A stretch of 63,973 nt of DNA, filler included, from Diploschistes diacapsis (Eukaryota): assembly GCA_023645945.1 (NCBI GenBank). It is 6 parts of 6 records of this genome, joined end to end, with 100 filler letters (N's around TTAATTAATTAA, not from the genome) between each part and the next. Parts side by side here need not be neighbours in the genome. Positions count along the whole stretch, not along the records: positions 32,348 to 43,021 come from JALAIB010000904.1; positions 43,122 to 53,765 come from JALAIB010000905.1; 4 more parts are not named here. The stretch is one strand, 5' to 3'. Of the stretch, positions 35,034 to 47,048 are shown piece after piece. Every line of letters begins with the position of its first letter. Position 1 is the first letter of the stretch. A program made the translations under genes and the position numbers. Under the pieces are notes generated by a model. That model was not told the origin of the DNA and made no database searches. It saw only the letters and a list, made by a program, of their open reading frames with translations.

Positions 35034-36386
35034 TCACTTCTTCCGCCTCGTCTCCTCGAACCCCTGCAAAACGCTCTTCGCTACCTGGTCGTTCTTCTCC
35101 TGCACGTCCCCATCTATCCCTTTCTGCCTGCTTGCTTCATCGCTCCGCGCCCCACCTGTACTCGTCCGCGCGATCTGCTTCCCCTCCATAATCCTCTTCT
35201 GCCCCTCACTCACCTTCCCGTACACCGCCATCGCACTTGCAATCATGCCCCCCATGTCCCCCATATTCCCTGGCACCACAACAGCCGTCCCCTCCTTCGC
35301 TAGCCGTCCAAAAGCCTCCACATACTTCTCCGCCACGCTCAAACTGACCGCCCCCATCGCCGCCTCGCGCCCTTCCGCCATCGCCCTCGCTACGGAATCG
35401 ATGCCCCTTGCGGTAGCCTGCGCTTTGACCAGTATAGCCTGCGCCTCTCCGCTCGCGATGTTGATCTGCTCCGCCTCCAGCGCCTCGCTGGCCAATATCA
35501 CGCTCTGCTTGCGCCCCTCCGCAATGTTGATTGCGCTCTGCCGCTTGCCCTCGGCGTCCAGGATCTCCGCGCGCTTCGTCCGCTCCGCCGTGACTTGCCG
35601 ATGCATGGCGGCCACGACATCCTGCGGTGCGTGGATGTCTCGGATCTCGTAACGCAGGCACACAAGGCCCCAGGCCTGCGCGGCCTCGTTGATGGCCGCC
35701 GTGATGTTGGAGTTGAGGTTCGCGCGCTCCTTTAGCACGTGGTCCAGCGTCAGCTGCCCGATTTCCGAGCGCATGGTGGTTTGTGCGAGCTGGGAGATGG
35801 CGTATTCGGCGTCTTCGACGCCGTAGCTGGACAGACACAGTGTTAGTAAAGGCGGAATCAGAGGGTTTGGAGATTGGTGTTGGGGCCAGGAAAGGGGCAT
35901 GTACCTAGCCTTGTAGGCATCGAAGACCCTCGTATATAGCACCCCGTCCAGCTCGAGCGTAACGTTATCCGCCGTGATGGCGCTCTGGCTCGGGATTTCG
36001 ATTGCCGATTCCTTCAGACTTTTCACATATGCTATTCGGTCGATGAATGGCATAAGGACCGCCAAACCAGGGTTCAGGATGCGGTTGAACTTGCCCATGC
36101 GCTCGACGATCCATGCTGTTTGCTGCGGGACGAAGCGTATTATGGTATTTGCGGGAAGGGAAGGGCGTTGAAAGTAGGACGAGGGGTTACCGCTCGCACC
36201 ACCAACGGCGGAGGCGAGGAGTGAGCCGGGAGCTGAGTTGAAGGGGCTGGAGGAGATATAGCGGCGGCGAGAAGAAGGGCTGCGGGAGGCGAGGAGGCTT
36301 GGTGCTGCGGCATATGGAGGGGGCAGTCGATTAGGCCGGAGGATGGTAGCAAGAGCTCGCCGAGTGAGAGCTGGTGAGAGCTCCAT
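35034..36386 (-). CDS. Mitochondrial stomatin-like protein 2 (SPFH/Band 7), one 78-nt intron at 35904-35827
   Basis: FVPQQTAWIVERMGKFNRILNPGL, AITADNVTLELDGVLY, QLAQTTMRSEIG, LRYEIRDI, VAEKYVEAFGRLAK; Arg/Ser-rich presequence. Confidence 0.93.
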   Translation of the reverse strand: MELSPALTRRALATILRPNRLPPPYAAAPSLLASRSPSSRRRYISSSPFNSAPGSLLASAVGGASGNPSSYFQRPSLPANTIIRFVPQQTAWIVERMGKFNRILNPGLAVLMPFIDRIAYVKSLKESAIEIPSQSAITADNVTLELDGVLYTRVFDAYKARYMPLSWPQHQSPNPLIPPLLTLCLSSYGVEDAEYAISQLAQTTMRSEIGQLTLDHVLKERANLNSNITAAINEAAQAWGLVCLRYEIRDIHAPQDVVAAMHRQVTAERTKRAEILDAEGKRQSAINIAEGRKQSVILASEALEAEQINIASGEAQAILVKAQATARGIDSVARAMAEGREAAMGAVSLSVAEKYVEAFGRLAKEGTAVVVPGNMGDMGGMIASAMAVYGKVSEGQKRIMEGKQIARTSTGGARSDEASRQKGIDGDVQEKNDQVAKSVLQGFEETRRKK

Positions 36387-36733
36387 GGCGGCTGTAGTGT
36401 GTGCTGCAATGGGCGGGAGGCTGGAGAGAAACGGTTAGGATAACAGAAAATATTCGATGGAGTTATTGAATTTCCCAAATACAAGCGTGACTCTACCTCT
36501 TTTGCTGTATTTCCAGCAAAGAACTCATTGGCCAGCTAACATCTAGAGTTGGAACTGGGCGGGTGGGTGGAATGCTAGCCGGGGCGACTGCGCTCAGTGG
36601 ACTTTGGTGGTTGCTGCCTCCCAACTGGGGAACTTCAAGCTTCCTTCCTTCAGTGCCTGCCTTTCTCATGTCTTCATTCTTTCTACTCCCCAGCAAGTAC
36701 CTCCCGTAGTCTTAATAACACTCGCTGCTCGCC

Positions 36734-37633
36734 ATGTCCGAGTACTGGAAGTCGACTCCTTCATACTGGTGCAAGCACTGCTCCAAATACGTGAGAGATA
36801 CTCCTCTCGAAAAAAAGAATCACGAAGCCACACCACGTCACCAAGGCAACCTAAAGCGTTTCATCCGCGACCTCCATAGAGACAACGAGCGTACCGCACG
36901 AGACAAGCAGCGTGCTAAAGACGAGGTTGCACGCCTGAATGGCGACGCACCTACCCCGGGGGGATCGGGACAGTTCAAGTCTTCAGTCACTTTCCAAAAG
37001 GAGATTACGAGAAATGCGCCGGCCGACGAGCGCAAGCGGCAGCTGGCGCAGCTGGCGCAAATGGGCGTGGCTGTACCAGAAGATTACAGGAGGGAGAATG
37101 CTATGGCTGGAGATTGGCAGGTTGTCTCGCAACGGGTGATTGCGCCTGATAGGGATGGGATTAAGGCCGAAGGTGACGAAGATGTCAAGCAGGACTTGAA
37201 TATTGGGATAAGGAAGAGGAAGGCTGAGGATGAGACTGAGGAACCAGTGCCCAAACTCGAGGAGGGACGACGAAGGCCAAAGTATGGGACAAGTATGCGT
37301 GCTTTGCCTGCGGAGGATGACGACCTCGACGCTTTGCTGAGGTCTACAAGCTCGATTACGAAGAAAACCAAGACTGAGATAAAGTCTGAAGTCGAGCCGG
37401 AGACAGCGACAGTAGCAATCGGCCGGCCTACCGAGCCTGACACAGGACTTGTCAAAGAACCTGCTGTCGAGTCTCCTGAAGAGCCTACAATAAAGAGCGA
37501 AGATCCTTCACAACCGTTAATAGCGGAGGCTTCGGCATCAGGACCTGAAATTGCTCCAAAAGCTAAGGATGGGAATGAAGACGTTGGAACAATTTTCAAA
37601 AAAAGAAAAGCGAAGGTTCTAAGACAGAAATGA
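36734..37633 (+). CDS. U1/matrin-type C2H2 zinc finger protein (WBP4/FBP21-like N-terminus)
   Basis: MSEYWKSTPSYWCKHCSKYVRD...NHEATPRHQGNL; C-terminal FKKRK. Confidence 0.88.
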   Translation: MSEYWKSTPSYWCKHCSKYVRDTPLEKKNHEATPRHQGNLKRFIRDLHRDNERTARDKQRAKDEVARLNGDAPTPGGSGQFKSSVTFQKEITRNAPADERKRQLAQLAQMGVAVPEDYRRENAMAGDWQVVSQRVIAPDRDGIKAEGDEDVKQDLNIGIRKRKAEDETEEPVPKLEEGRRRPKYGTSMRALPAEDDDLDALLRSTSSITKKTKTEIKSEVEPETATVAIGRPTEPDTGLVKEPAVESPEEPTIKSEDPSQPLIAEASASGPEIAPKAKDGNEDVGTIFKKRKAKVLRQK

Positions 37634-37957
37634 TGCGAGGTCATTCTCAATATTCATTCTAGCTTTTTTGACCTGAGGGCTTCGTGATGGCTCACCATTG
37701 TTAACTATTCAGAACTGACTGCACGTGATTCCCGTACTATATCATCTACGAACATCCGTTAGTAACAATCATGAAGACTGCAAGCCTGACTTGCAGATTG
37801 GATCAACACATCAGAGCCCACATTAGGTGAGTGCTTAACCCTTCTTTAAAGAAGATCAAATTTTGATTTATCTAGATGCAAAAATAGGCGTTCGCATACA
37901 TGTGCCCTACGCCAAAATTTTGATCAAACTAATATCTATGAGTGTTCACAGGTTCAC

Positions 37958-38641
37958 TCAATCCGAACACTTAGTGTGCCTTTCCTGAAGATGTATCCCA
38001 TTGCCTTCTCCAGGGAAAGGCTCCCATGTTCTACTATAACTTCGACGTTGCTGCAGGCTTTTATCCCGCAGATCCTGGATATACCCCTCCAGTGCACTCT
38101 CGTCCAAGGTCACCTTGAACCTTTGCGTTGCCCTTTTACCCTCTTCGGCAAGTTCTTCTGGATGCTTCTTCCTCTTCAGGCCCTTGATACGATATATCTT
38201 TATCTTCCCGGATGCTAGCATCGCTTCCCACTTCTGCCGTCGGCCTTCGATTTCCTCATTGGCCGAATTAACCGGCCTGGGAAAATGTGCCTCCCACGCG
38301 CCCCGTTCTCTCATAGACATTTCGCGGCCTAGGCTCTCTTCCCGTCGAGTTTCTGTCAGCTCCCGTTCGTTCTTGGACTCGGAAACTGTCACCTTCTGTT
38401 CCTCCTCGGCTGTTGGCTGCGTTGGATTTTTTTCGGTGTTGGCATTTGTATCAGGGTCTGTGGGCCAGTAATTCACTATTGGAGGCTCCGGTGGAGGAAC
38501 CCAAAGCTCTGGAGAAATTTGCCTCCGGTCCTCTGCGGTGTGGCTTTTCCAGAGCCTAAGTTTTGTTCCAAACTCATGGATCGGGCGCTGTTTATGGAGA
38601 CCTTGGACAACACGATGAAAATGGGAAAGAACAGTGTCCAT
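37958..38641 (-). CDS. Hypothetical protein (227 aa, charged)
   Basis: ATG-initiated ORF with coding-like composition; no recognised motif. Confidence 0.4.
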   Translation of the reverse strand: MDTVLSHFHRVVQGLHKQRPIHEFGTKLRLWKSHTAEDRRQISPELWVPPPEPPIVNYWPTDPDTNANTEKNPTQPTAEEEQKVTVSESKNERELTETRREESLGREMSMRERGAWEAHFPRPVNSANEEIEGRRQKWEAMLASGKIKIYRIKGLKRKKHPEELAEEGKRATQRFKVTLDESALEGYIQDLRDKSLQQRRSYSRTWEPFPGEGNGIHLQERHTKCSD

Positions 38642-39863
38642 TAATTTTTAGAGACGATCTTTGGTGAGGAGGTGTGTGCTCTCGGGAGGGTTATATGTGG
38701 TGAGCCGGCGACTCAGATAACAGGTCTTGGGACGATTTTCAAGCGGGACTTCACAACGGCGCGAATCACGGTTATCCAACTAGCAAAGATTTTGGGGGAA
38801 TGATTGATTAAGGAACGTGAGTGAAGAGAAGAACGTCTAGACAGATCTGAAAGGAGCCGGTCCAGGGCTACTTGAATATCTTCAGATCCAGCCAAAGCTA
38901 TCAAGTTGCAGGAGCGAGGTGAACAAAGCGACTTTGATCATAATGTACATTGTATCGATCTGTTCGCCTCGCGGCCGGTTTCGAGAAGAGACAAAGGAAA
39001 TTCTCAACGATAATCCTGGAAGGGATTGTGGCCATGTTTCTCCATTGCGTGCGTAGTCACTGCTTTGAGCGCATAGCGATCAAGTCAAGCCCTTCTCTAC
39101 ACCATCAGAACCGAGTAGAGATGTTACTGGTTGAAGAGTCGAATGCATAACGACTCGGAATGATGTATTACGGCTTTTTGCACTTTAGTGAAGTGTAGTA
39201 TTTCGATCCCAAATCTTCTCTTAGTAAAGGCGAGACTTAAGCACAACAGTGAGGAAGCTAACGGACAAGAGGCTATCTGCAGGACAGATTGTCCTTGAAA
39301 ACTAGTGCCACTGGGTAGGGCTGGCAAGGTCATGATTGATTTTGCATCGTACCAAAGTCCAGCACTCTCTCACGACTTTCAATATGCGTTTCACCACACA
39401 CAACCAAGTCCAATGTTTTCAAGTAGCATCACCAATAAGAATGAGAAAATCGGCCTTTCCTTGGTAGTCTACCAAGTTCCCCCAGAAAACTTCTGAACTC
39501 ACATACTAGTAAGTCTCTGGTGGCTGCTTACATCATGGACAATTTCGCTTTTCTTTACGGCCTGAAGTAACTACTAGGTATGTGCTACTATACACCCTCA
39601 GGAGGAGTCAAATGCTGACAGACTTGACTAGGACGGCGGGGTTACAGTAGTAATGCAGCGATAGAGGTACCTAGTACCGATGTGAGAGCAGATCGCCTGT
39701 GCTGGCAGAGGCTGTGCCGGTCGTAGAACTTCACTTCAGATACTCTGGTAGTCTGCTTGCCTTGCTCTATAATTTTACAGTATGGCTTGTATAAAGCTAT
39801 TGCTAGTGCGGGATATGTGTGTTACATTAAGGGCCGCCTGAAGATTGCGGACTCTCTGCAAGC

Positions 39864-42404
39864 ATGGCTGACCCGATTACAGCTCTGACAACTCTGGGTC
39901 TGGCTGATAACGTTTTCTCCTTTGCCAAACTAGCCCTGAAGCTTAGCCAAGAAGCCTACAATAACACTGAAGGCTTCGCTAAGAAGCTTGGAGATATAAA
40001 AAATGTTGCACAGGCGCTTCGCTCAAGCAGCAAAAGCCCCCCACGGGACTTCTTGATTTGAAACAGGCCAATGATGCGGACCTTGGTGAAGAGGATGGTG
40101 AATTGGTTGCTATTGCTGAGAGCTGCGAGAACCTAGCTAAGGACCTCATTACTTCAACTGAAAAATATAAAGTCGAGCCTGGACCTTTTCGGCGCTTGCG
40201 CAGCTTCAAGCAGGCACTTCGCGCGGCCTGGAAGCGAAGTGGCATAGAGAGAGTCGAGAAGCTCCTGCAGAAGTACGAAAAGGAGCTGAATACTAGAATA
40301 CGCATATCCCTTAGGTAAGTTGGCAATACATTCCTTCCTGACGCTCCCAGCGGCTAACATATCCGCCTGCAAGACTTCACACTGAAGCTTCCGATACCAA
40401 GAATGCCGCAAGCTATATAAGCTTACACTCAATAGCCAGAGATGCGGTCGAGATGTTACAGGCCTTTAGACTCCCAGCAGGATGTTATTGCAAGTGATGT
40501 GCAGGAGACCAAACAGATACTGCTACGCCGGCACTCCCCTATTCCTACTTATGTCCCTCCCCTTATCATTTGGACGATCCAACGTCTCCACTCCAGCCGC
40601 CTAAGTTCTTGCTACCAGATCATAAGGGCCCAGTACCGTACAGAGAAATCAAAGTTCAGACAACTTTGCTACATGCGGCTGCAAGTAAGGGAGATATTCG
40701 CGAGGTCCGACAAGCCTTGAATATCTCCCATGTAAATGTCGACGCTCTGGACGAAGACGGTAGAACTGCGTTACATCTTTGCAGCGCTGCGGTAAATGCA
40801 AGGATCGCTAGATACTTGTGCGAAAATGGTGCAAGTGTTAATATTGAAGACCTCCTAGGAGCCACGCCCTTGCACTTTGCCGCCGCTGAAGGCAATATAG
40901 AGACTGTACAATGCCTCCTGTCTTACGGGGCAGTGGATACCGTTAAAGACGATGAAGGCTATTATGCTCAAGACTACGCCAACCGCCGCTCGGATAATCT
41001 GATGGTTTGGATGTTCAGACTCGGCGCCACCGATTACGAGCTACGAGATCCCACAACGCATCGCACTGCTTTAATTCACTTTACCACACAACGTGATGTT
41101 GAGGTGGTAGGCCATCTCATCAGCGCCGGTGCGGACGTCGAAGCCCGAGATGGAGATGGACTCACGGCATTGATGCACGCAAGCCAAGCTGGCGATCCAA
41201 AATTAGTGGAGCTTCTGTGCTCCGTCACAGGTCTTGCTCTGGATGCGCGGAGTAAGTCTGGACGTACCGCGCTTATGATTGCAGCTTCGGATGGCTATGT
41301 GGAAGTTCTCACGCTTCTAGTGGCCCACAAACCTGATTTCAACATATATGATGTGGATGTTAAAGACAGAGGAGTCACGGCCCTGATGTTAGTGTTAGCT
41401 TTGTTCAGTGAACATTTTGATGCAGCAGATGTACTCCTCAAAGCAGGCGCGTCCCCGGAAACCACGGACGGGGCTGGTGATAGGCCATTACAGAGATTGG
41501 TCAAAGCAGGAAAAGCTGACGCAATTACGTGGCTGATCAAAGCAAACGTACTCATTGATGCGCAAGCAAAAAACGGCTGGACGCCTCTCCATGAGAGCAG
41601 CTCGCATGGGCGGACACCTGCGATAGAAGTACTGCTCAATCATGGAGCTATTACTGAGTTTCGTGAGGATTGGGATGGCCAAACACCAATGGCTCTTGCC
41701 GCATGCGGTGGTCACCTAGAGGTTGCCCGCCTGCTGGCGGATGCTGGCGCGAATGTCAATCATATCAACCAGAGTAGTCGAACGCCGTTGGATGAGGCGG
41801 CAACTCGCGGAAAGAGGGATTTTTTCATTTCCTACTTGAGCGTGGCATTTTCTTGGATACTCGAGAGTCATACTCCCCTACATCGTGCCTATCAAAGGGG
41901 CCACTTCCAAGTCGTCTTGAAGCTGTTGATACAGGGAGCGAATCCGTCGGTGCAGGAAAGACGACTCGGGGGTTGGACGCTTGGCCATTCTGAGATGGTA
42001 ACCCTACTCACCTCTTTTGAGGCCAAGATGGAGGCTGAGAACAACAATGAATATACACCTCTTCGACTCGCTGCGAAAAACCGCCAGTTCGGATGTGTCA
42101 AAGGCGCTGGTTAAAGCGGGAGCGAGTTTGGCCGCTCCACACCACACCCAATGGACAGCTCTCGAACAAGGCTGTATTTTACGGCCAGCTCGAAATGGCA
42201 GAGTTTTTGCTGGCTTCTGGAGCCAACCCGGACGGTGACCTCGGCAGCAGCGGGGAAGGAGGTGACTGGGGCTGGACTCCCCTCATGCGCGCCACCAGGA
42301 AAGGCTTTCTTGCTATATGCGAGCTGCTGATTAGATACGGAGCCGACAGAAGGATTAAGAGCAAGCAGGAGAGAGGACTGCAATCAGTTATTGCCTATGA
42401 GTAG
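39864..42404 (+). pseudogene. HeLo-like/SesA-type N-terminal domain fused to ankyrin repeats, multiply frameshifted
   Basis: MADP..LGLADNV..AESCENLAKDL...RSFKQALRAAWK..IE..L..Y..EL resembles fungal NLR N-terminal domains. More than 12 ANK repeats (GRTALH, GATPLHFAA, GWTPLH). Frame changes at about 40040, 40465, 40560, 41825-41870, 42090 and 42165. Confidence 0.75.
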
Positions 42405-43021
42405 GGCAAGTAAGACGTTCTGTCATACCTATCGCAACTGCAGTAGCATACGTAAGCTTGTGCCGAATTCACGCCTCGTTTGTCAAATGATTTCGCAGTT
42501 TGCACATACACTCCCATCATTACGTGAAGCCAAGAAGAAGTCCGTATCACCAACTCTGATTAAATTCGAGCGTTTTTGGAACCAGTTAGATAATAAACGT
42601 GGCTCTCCAACCCTTCCCTGCAATAAAGCTCAGCTTGGAGTTCTGTGGCGTAAATGGCTGCATAAAGACTCCATCATCAGGCCCTAGCGACCAGATCTGA
42701 CTGAACCTTCTCCCCCTTGCTACAAAAAAGACCTCTGGCGTTGGACATCATCCAAGCAGCCGTTTTGGTACAGTAGAACACAAGCGCTCTAACAGCGACG
42801 TGCGCTACGTCACGCAACGTGTTGAACAGCTGCGACGGAGAGATCACGCCGGAGCCATCAACATTCGATCTAGAGCAAGCGGGCGACGTTCTCAGTTGGC
42901 TGCTGCCCGACAAAATACGATCGTCAAACGAAAAGGGTATCCATCTGTCCATCCGAGCAACCGCCATATCCGACACCATCCACCTTCCTCACGCCTCCAT
43001 CGCCTCCCCCTCCCCTTCATC

Positions 43022-43121
43022 NNNNNNNNNNNNNNNNNNNNNNNNNNNNNNNNNNNNNNNNNNNNTTAATTAATTAANNNNNNNNNNNNNNNNNNNNNNN
43101 NNNNNNNNNNNNNNNNNNNNN
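43022..43121. other. Artificial contig linker
   Basis: N44-TTAATTAATTAA-N44. Confidence 0.97.
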
Positions 43122-43519
43122 ATCTGTATCCGTGCTTTTATTATAATATAATATCCGTATTAATATCCGTGTCCGTGCATTTATCGAAACATTTAAAAAA
43201 ATTTTTTTAATTTTAATAATTTTAGAATTATCACGTCTATTTCTTACGTTTTTATTTTTTAAAAAAATTTTATCGTAATGTTTCGATAAAATCATCGTAA
43301 TATTTCGATAAATTCACGGAAATATAATATCCGTATTAATATCAATGTTTTAAATTTTTTAATTATAATATCCGTATTCGTGCTTTTATTATAATGTAAT
43401 GTCCGTGTTAATATCCGTGTTTTAAAAGTTTAGCTGTCGTGTCCGTGTTAATATCCGTGTTTAAAAAATTTTTGCTGCAGTGTCCGTGTTAGTGATCGTG
43501 GCACGAAACGGTCAGCCTA
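43122..43519 (-). mobile_element. hAT-like transposon terminus with subterminal ACACGGA repeats
   Basis: Minus-strand end TAGGCTGACCGTTTCGTGCCACG followed by more than 10 copies of (A/G)TCCGT(G/A)T in roughly 40-bp units, progressively AT-degraded away from the end. Confidence 0.55.
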
Positions 43520-43849
43520 AACTGAACTTCCCGGGTTCTTTTAATGAACCTCTTAAAACAAGCCGAGTTCATAGTTATACCTTCCGTCTGTCTGTTTAAC
43601 AGTTATACTGTTCATCGTCGCGTTCTAAAGCTTTTGCTTTCGTATATTAAGCTGTAGAATAAGGAATATTAAGCTTCTGGGCGGCATCTTTAAAAATATT
43701 GCCGCTGTAGAGAGTGTCGAGGAGCTTAGGGCGCTCGAATGGCTTTAAACGGCGTTGGGGAGGCATAGTTGTAAGAAAAATAGCAAGAGTTGGACTGTTT
43801 ATTTACTGCCGCTTATGGTGTACCTAACTACTTTTGGTTTAGTACTGTA
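43520..43849 (-). mobile_element. Tc1/mariner-like transposon 5' end with truncated transposase
   Basis: TA|CAGTACTAAACCAAAAGTAGTTAGGTAC TIR. ATG at 43766 gives MPPQRRLKPFERPKLLDTLYSGNIFKDAAQKLNIPYSTA* (HTH-like) with stops. Confidence 0.7.
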
Positions 43850-43859
43850 CATATATATC

Positions 43860-44161
43860 ACTCGAGCTTTCCTTGAACGCCGAAGATGGGGATATAAACT
43901 TAAGAAAAAGGCTCCCCGCTAAAAATCGTTATTAAAAACTGGTAACTGTACCCTCGTTAGGTTTATTAACGTCTTACGGCCCTTACAAGAATTCTTAAAA
44001 AATCGAGAAAAGTAAGAAGGAATAAAGTAAAGCTTTAAAAAGCTGTTGGATATTTTTTTAATAAATTTTGAAACCGTTTTCACGGAGATTTATGGGCTAA
44101 AACAATAATATTTCTTGATGTAAAATGGGGGGTACCTGACTTCTTTTGGCTTAGTACTGTA
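43860..44161. mobile_element. Tc1/mariner-like terminal fragment
   Basis: Ends GGTACCTGACTTCTTTTGGCTTAGTACTG|TA; subterminal sequence similar to 47660-47973. Confidence 0.6.
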
Positions 44162-44366
44162 ATACCAAGCGGGAGATTGCGCGCGTGAGGAGTGTGACGC
44201 TAAGACGGCATTTACAAACCGTACGCATAACGTATCTTGTCTTTCTTGAAAATTTATGTGCGTACTATATAGTCCAAACAGCTTTGATCGAGCTCACGTC
44301 TGCGAAAAGCCCACTCATTAACCCCAAACCCTCTTATTTCCTTGGTCAATCCACGATCCACCAAAG

Positions 44367-46070
44367 ATGGCTTCGCGACGTCTTGCGCTTAACCTATTAC
44401 AAGCATCAAGGGCTCAAAAGGCCATTCGCTCTATCCAGCCCTGGAAGAGGAGCCTCGCGACACCGATTAGCCATGGTGTAACAACGGAAAGTACCACCCT
44501 ATCCAATGGACTTACAGTAAGCGTAATCCAAAATCAAATGTGCAGACGATTCAGCTGAAGCCTTCTTCAAGATTGCAACTGAGCATTCACCATGGGCACA
44601 GACCTCCACTGTTGGCATCTGGATAGACGCCGGCAGCCGGGCCGAAACAGATAAGACGAATGGCACAGCGCACTTTCTTGAGCATCTAGCATTCAAAGTG
44701 GAACTCACCAGCAGAAGACCCTTTCTTTCGACTGATGTGATGGACGCAGGGCACCACGAATCGCACTCAACATCAATTGGAACTTGAGATTGAAAACATG
44801 GGAGGCCATCTCAACGCCTACACATCGGTATATCGATTCCATTGGGAAACGTGATAGGTTCCTAGCTCACATTTTCCAGCGAGAGAATACCGTTTACTAC
44901 GCAAAATCCTTTAATTCCGATGTTCCCTCTACCGTCAGCATCCTTTCCGACATTCTACAAAATTCCAAATTGGAGAAAGCCGCCATCGAACGCGAGAGGG
45001 ACGTAATCTTGCGAGAGCAAGAGGAGGTCGATAAGCAGCTCGAAGAGGTAGTGTTTGATCATTTACACGCTACAGCTTTTCAAGGTCAACCTCTCGGGAG
45101 GACAATCTTAGGACCTAAGGAGAATATTGCCAGCATTCAACGGGATGACCTCGTGGGATACATCAAGCAAAATTATACTGCGGATCGCATGGTTCTAGTA
45201 GGAGCTGGAGGAGTACCACATCATCAATTGGTTGACCTCGCTGAGAAGCACTTCGCTTCTTTATCTACGCAGGCCCCGGCATCCTCAACATCAGCGTTGG
45301 GTACTCTCAATAAAATGAAGCCTGACTTCGTCGGCTCCGAAGTACGAGTCAGGGATGATACTATCCCAACTGCTAATATTGCAATTGCTGTGGAAGGCGT
45401 CAGTTGGAACGATGACGATTATTTCACTGCGTTGGTGACTCAAGCTATAGTTGGGAATTGGGACCGTGCAATGGGAAACGCGCCGTACCTGGGCAGCAAG
45501 CTCAGCACTTTCATTAATGAACACAAGTTGGCCAATAGTTTCATGAGCTTTTCAACCAGCTACAGCGATACAGGGTGAGTCCAGGAAATTTAAGCAAGCT
45601 TCATTACTGAACCACGTCATCAGGTTATGGGGCATCTATCTTGTTTCTGAAAACAAGACTGCGATTGATGATCTAGTTCATTTTACGCTACGTGAATGGT
45701 CGCGACTATCATACAATGTCACCGAGGCTGAAACAGAGCGAGCCAAAGCACAGCTCAAAGCGTCCTTGCTTCTTTCTCTCGATGGTACTACAGCTGTGGC
45801 TGAGGACATTGGGCGGCAAATTGTAACCACTGGCCGTCGTATGAGTCCTGAGGAAGTGGAAAAGGTTGTTGGGGCTATTACTGAGAAGGATGTTATGGAC
45901 TTCGCTCAGCGAAAGTTGTGGGACAAGGATATCGCCATCAGTGCGGTTGGTTCAATTGAAGGTCTCCTGGATTACGCGAGGTATGTGCATTTGCCAGGGC
46001 CAACCTACTTTTAGGTCATTCAACTAATTATGATTTTAGAATTCGTGGAGACATGAGTCGAAATACTTGA
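44367..46070 (+). CDS. MAS1: Mitochondrial processing peptidase beta subunit / bc1 core protein 1 (M16 family), multi-exon
   Basis: TLSNGL, TVGIWIDAGSRAE..NGTAHFLEHLAFKG (HxxEH), LNAYTSRE, LGRTILGP, LDGTTAVAEDIGRQ; presequence. Confidence 0.95.
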
Positions 46071-46689
46071 ATTCATTACAGATCGAGGAGAATCCTAGGT
46101 TGTTGTCTGGCTGTAAGATAGATATTAAGGAGGTGATTCTGTGGATCAGCATTACATGAGTCGTCAATTCATTTTAGGCCAACATCGAGCATGATAGAGG
46201 TTTGTGGATGACGCACATGTTATACTAGAAAGTATGGCTATTCCAAACCGTTACCTGTTGTAGAATTTCCATGCCTACAGCAGCCTAAGTAATGAACCCA
46301 TAAGAGTGGGCATAGAAAAAGGGTTGAGCAATAGTATTAAGCTGCCGTGCGATATTCTGTCTAAAATATTTCCAAAGAAACAGACCCTGTCGATCCATTT
46401 GATTTAAGGGTGTTTCAATCTAGATTTTTATTTTAGGAACTTTCTAGGATGGAACAAGCTTGGAAAGGGTTTTAATCAGCCTATGAAAAGAATACAAGTT
46501 CAACGCGGGAAGGGGCTGAGCCTGTGGTGGCTGGGGCATCTGCAGGTATAAAAAAATGGTCTCGATTTTAAGGACTAAACTAATATGGACGAGAGCAGAG
46601 TATAAATACCCTAAAGTCTGGCCTAGAGGGGCTCAACCTCTGAGTTGAACACGCAGATGTTACCAATAAGGCCCAAGGCGGTTATAATT

Positions 46690-47048
46690 TGTAACAAAGG
46701 ATAACGTATATGCATAGCGAGCGCACACCCTTCTTGATTTATACGAGTTGTAATTATATTTACGCAATTAATTCGTACGATAATTTATTATATTAATTAT
46801 TAATATCTCTTTTAAAAGCTATAAATTTTATTTTATAAGTTCACGCATTATACCCGATTTAATTATATTTATTATAAAGTCGTATAAGTAATCCGATTTC
46901 TCTCATACGATTTTTATTTTTAAATATATTTGTTTTTTTATACGAATTTCGATTTTAAAGATTATAATACGATCATTTTTAATACGTTAAATAATTCTTT
47001 AGTTTGTACGCGCGTTTTTTTAATCTTTTTTCGTTTATTAAATATTTT
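46690..47048. mobile_element. RIP-degraded LTR-like relic (starts TGTAAC)
   Basis: TGTAAC start, strongly AT/TpA-rich; abuts the next LTR. Confidence 0.4.

Noticed and set aside
43122..43500. CRISPR-like repeat array
   Set aside because: Eukaryotic context, degenerate units and no unique spacers or cas genes; better explained as transposon subterminal repeats.
28859..46070. Enrichment of mitochondrial genes (SSADH, Rcf1, SLP-2, MPP beta)
   Set aside because: Spread over three unlinked contigs; only SSADH and Rcf1 are adjacent.
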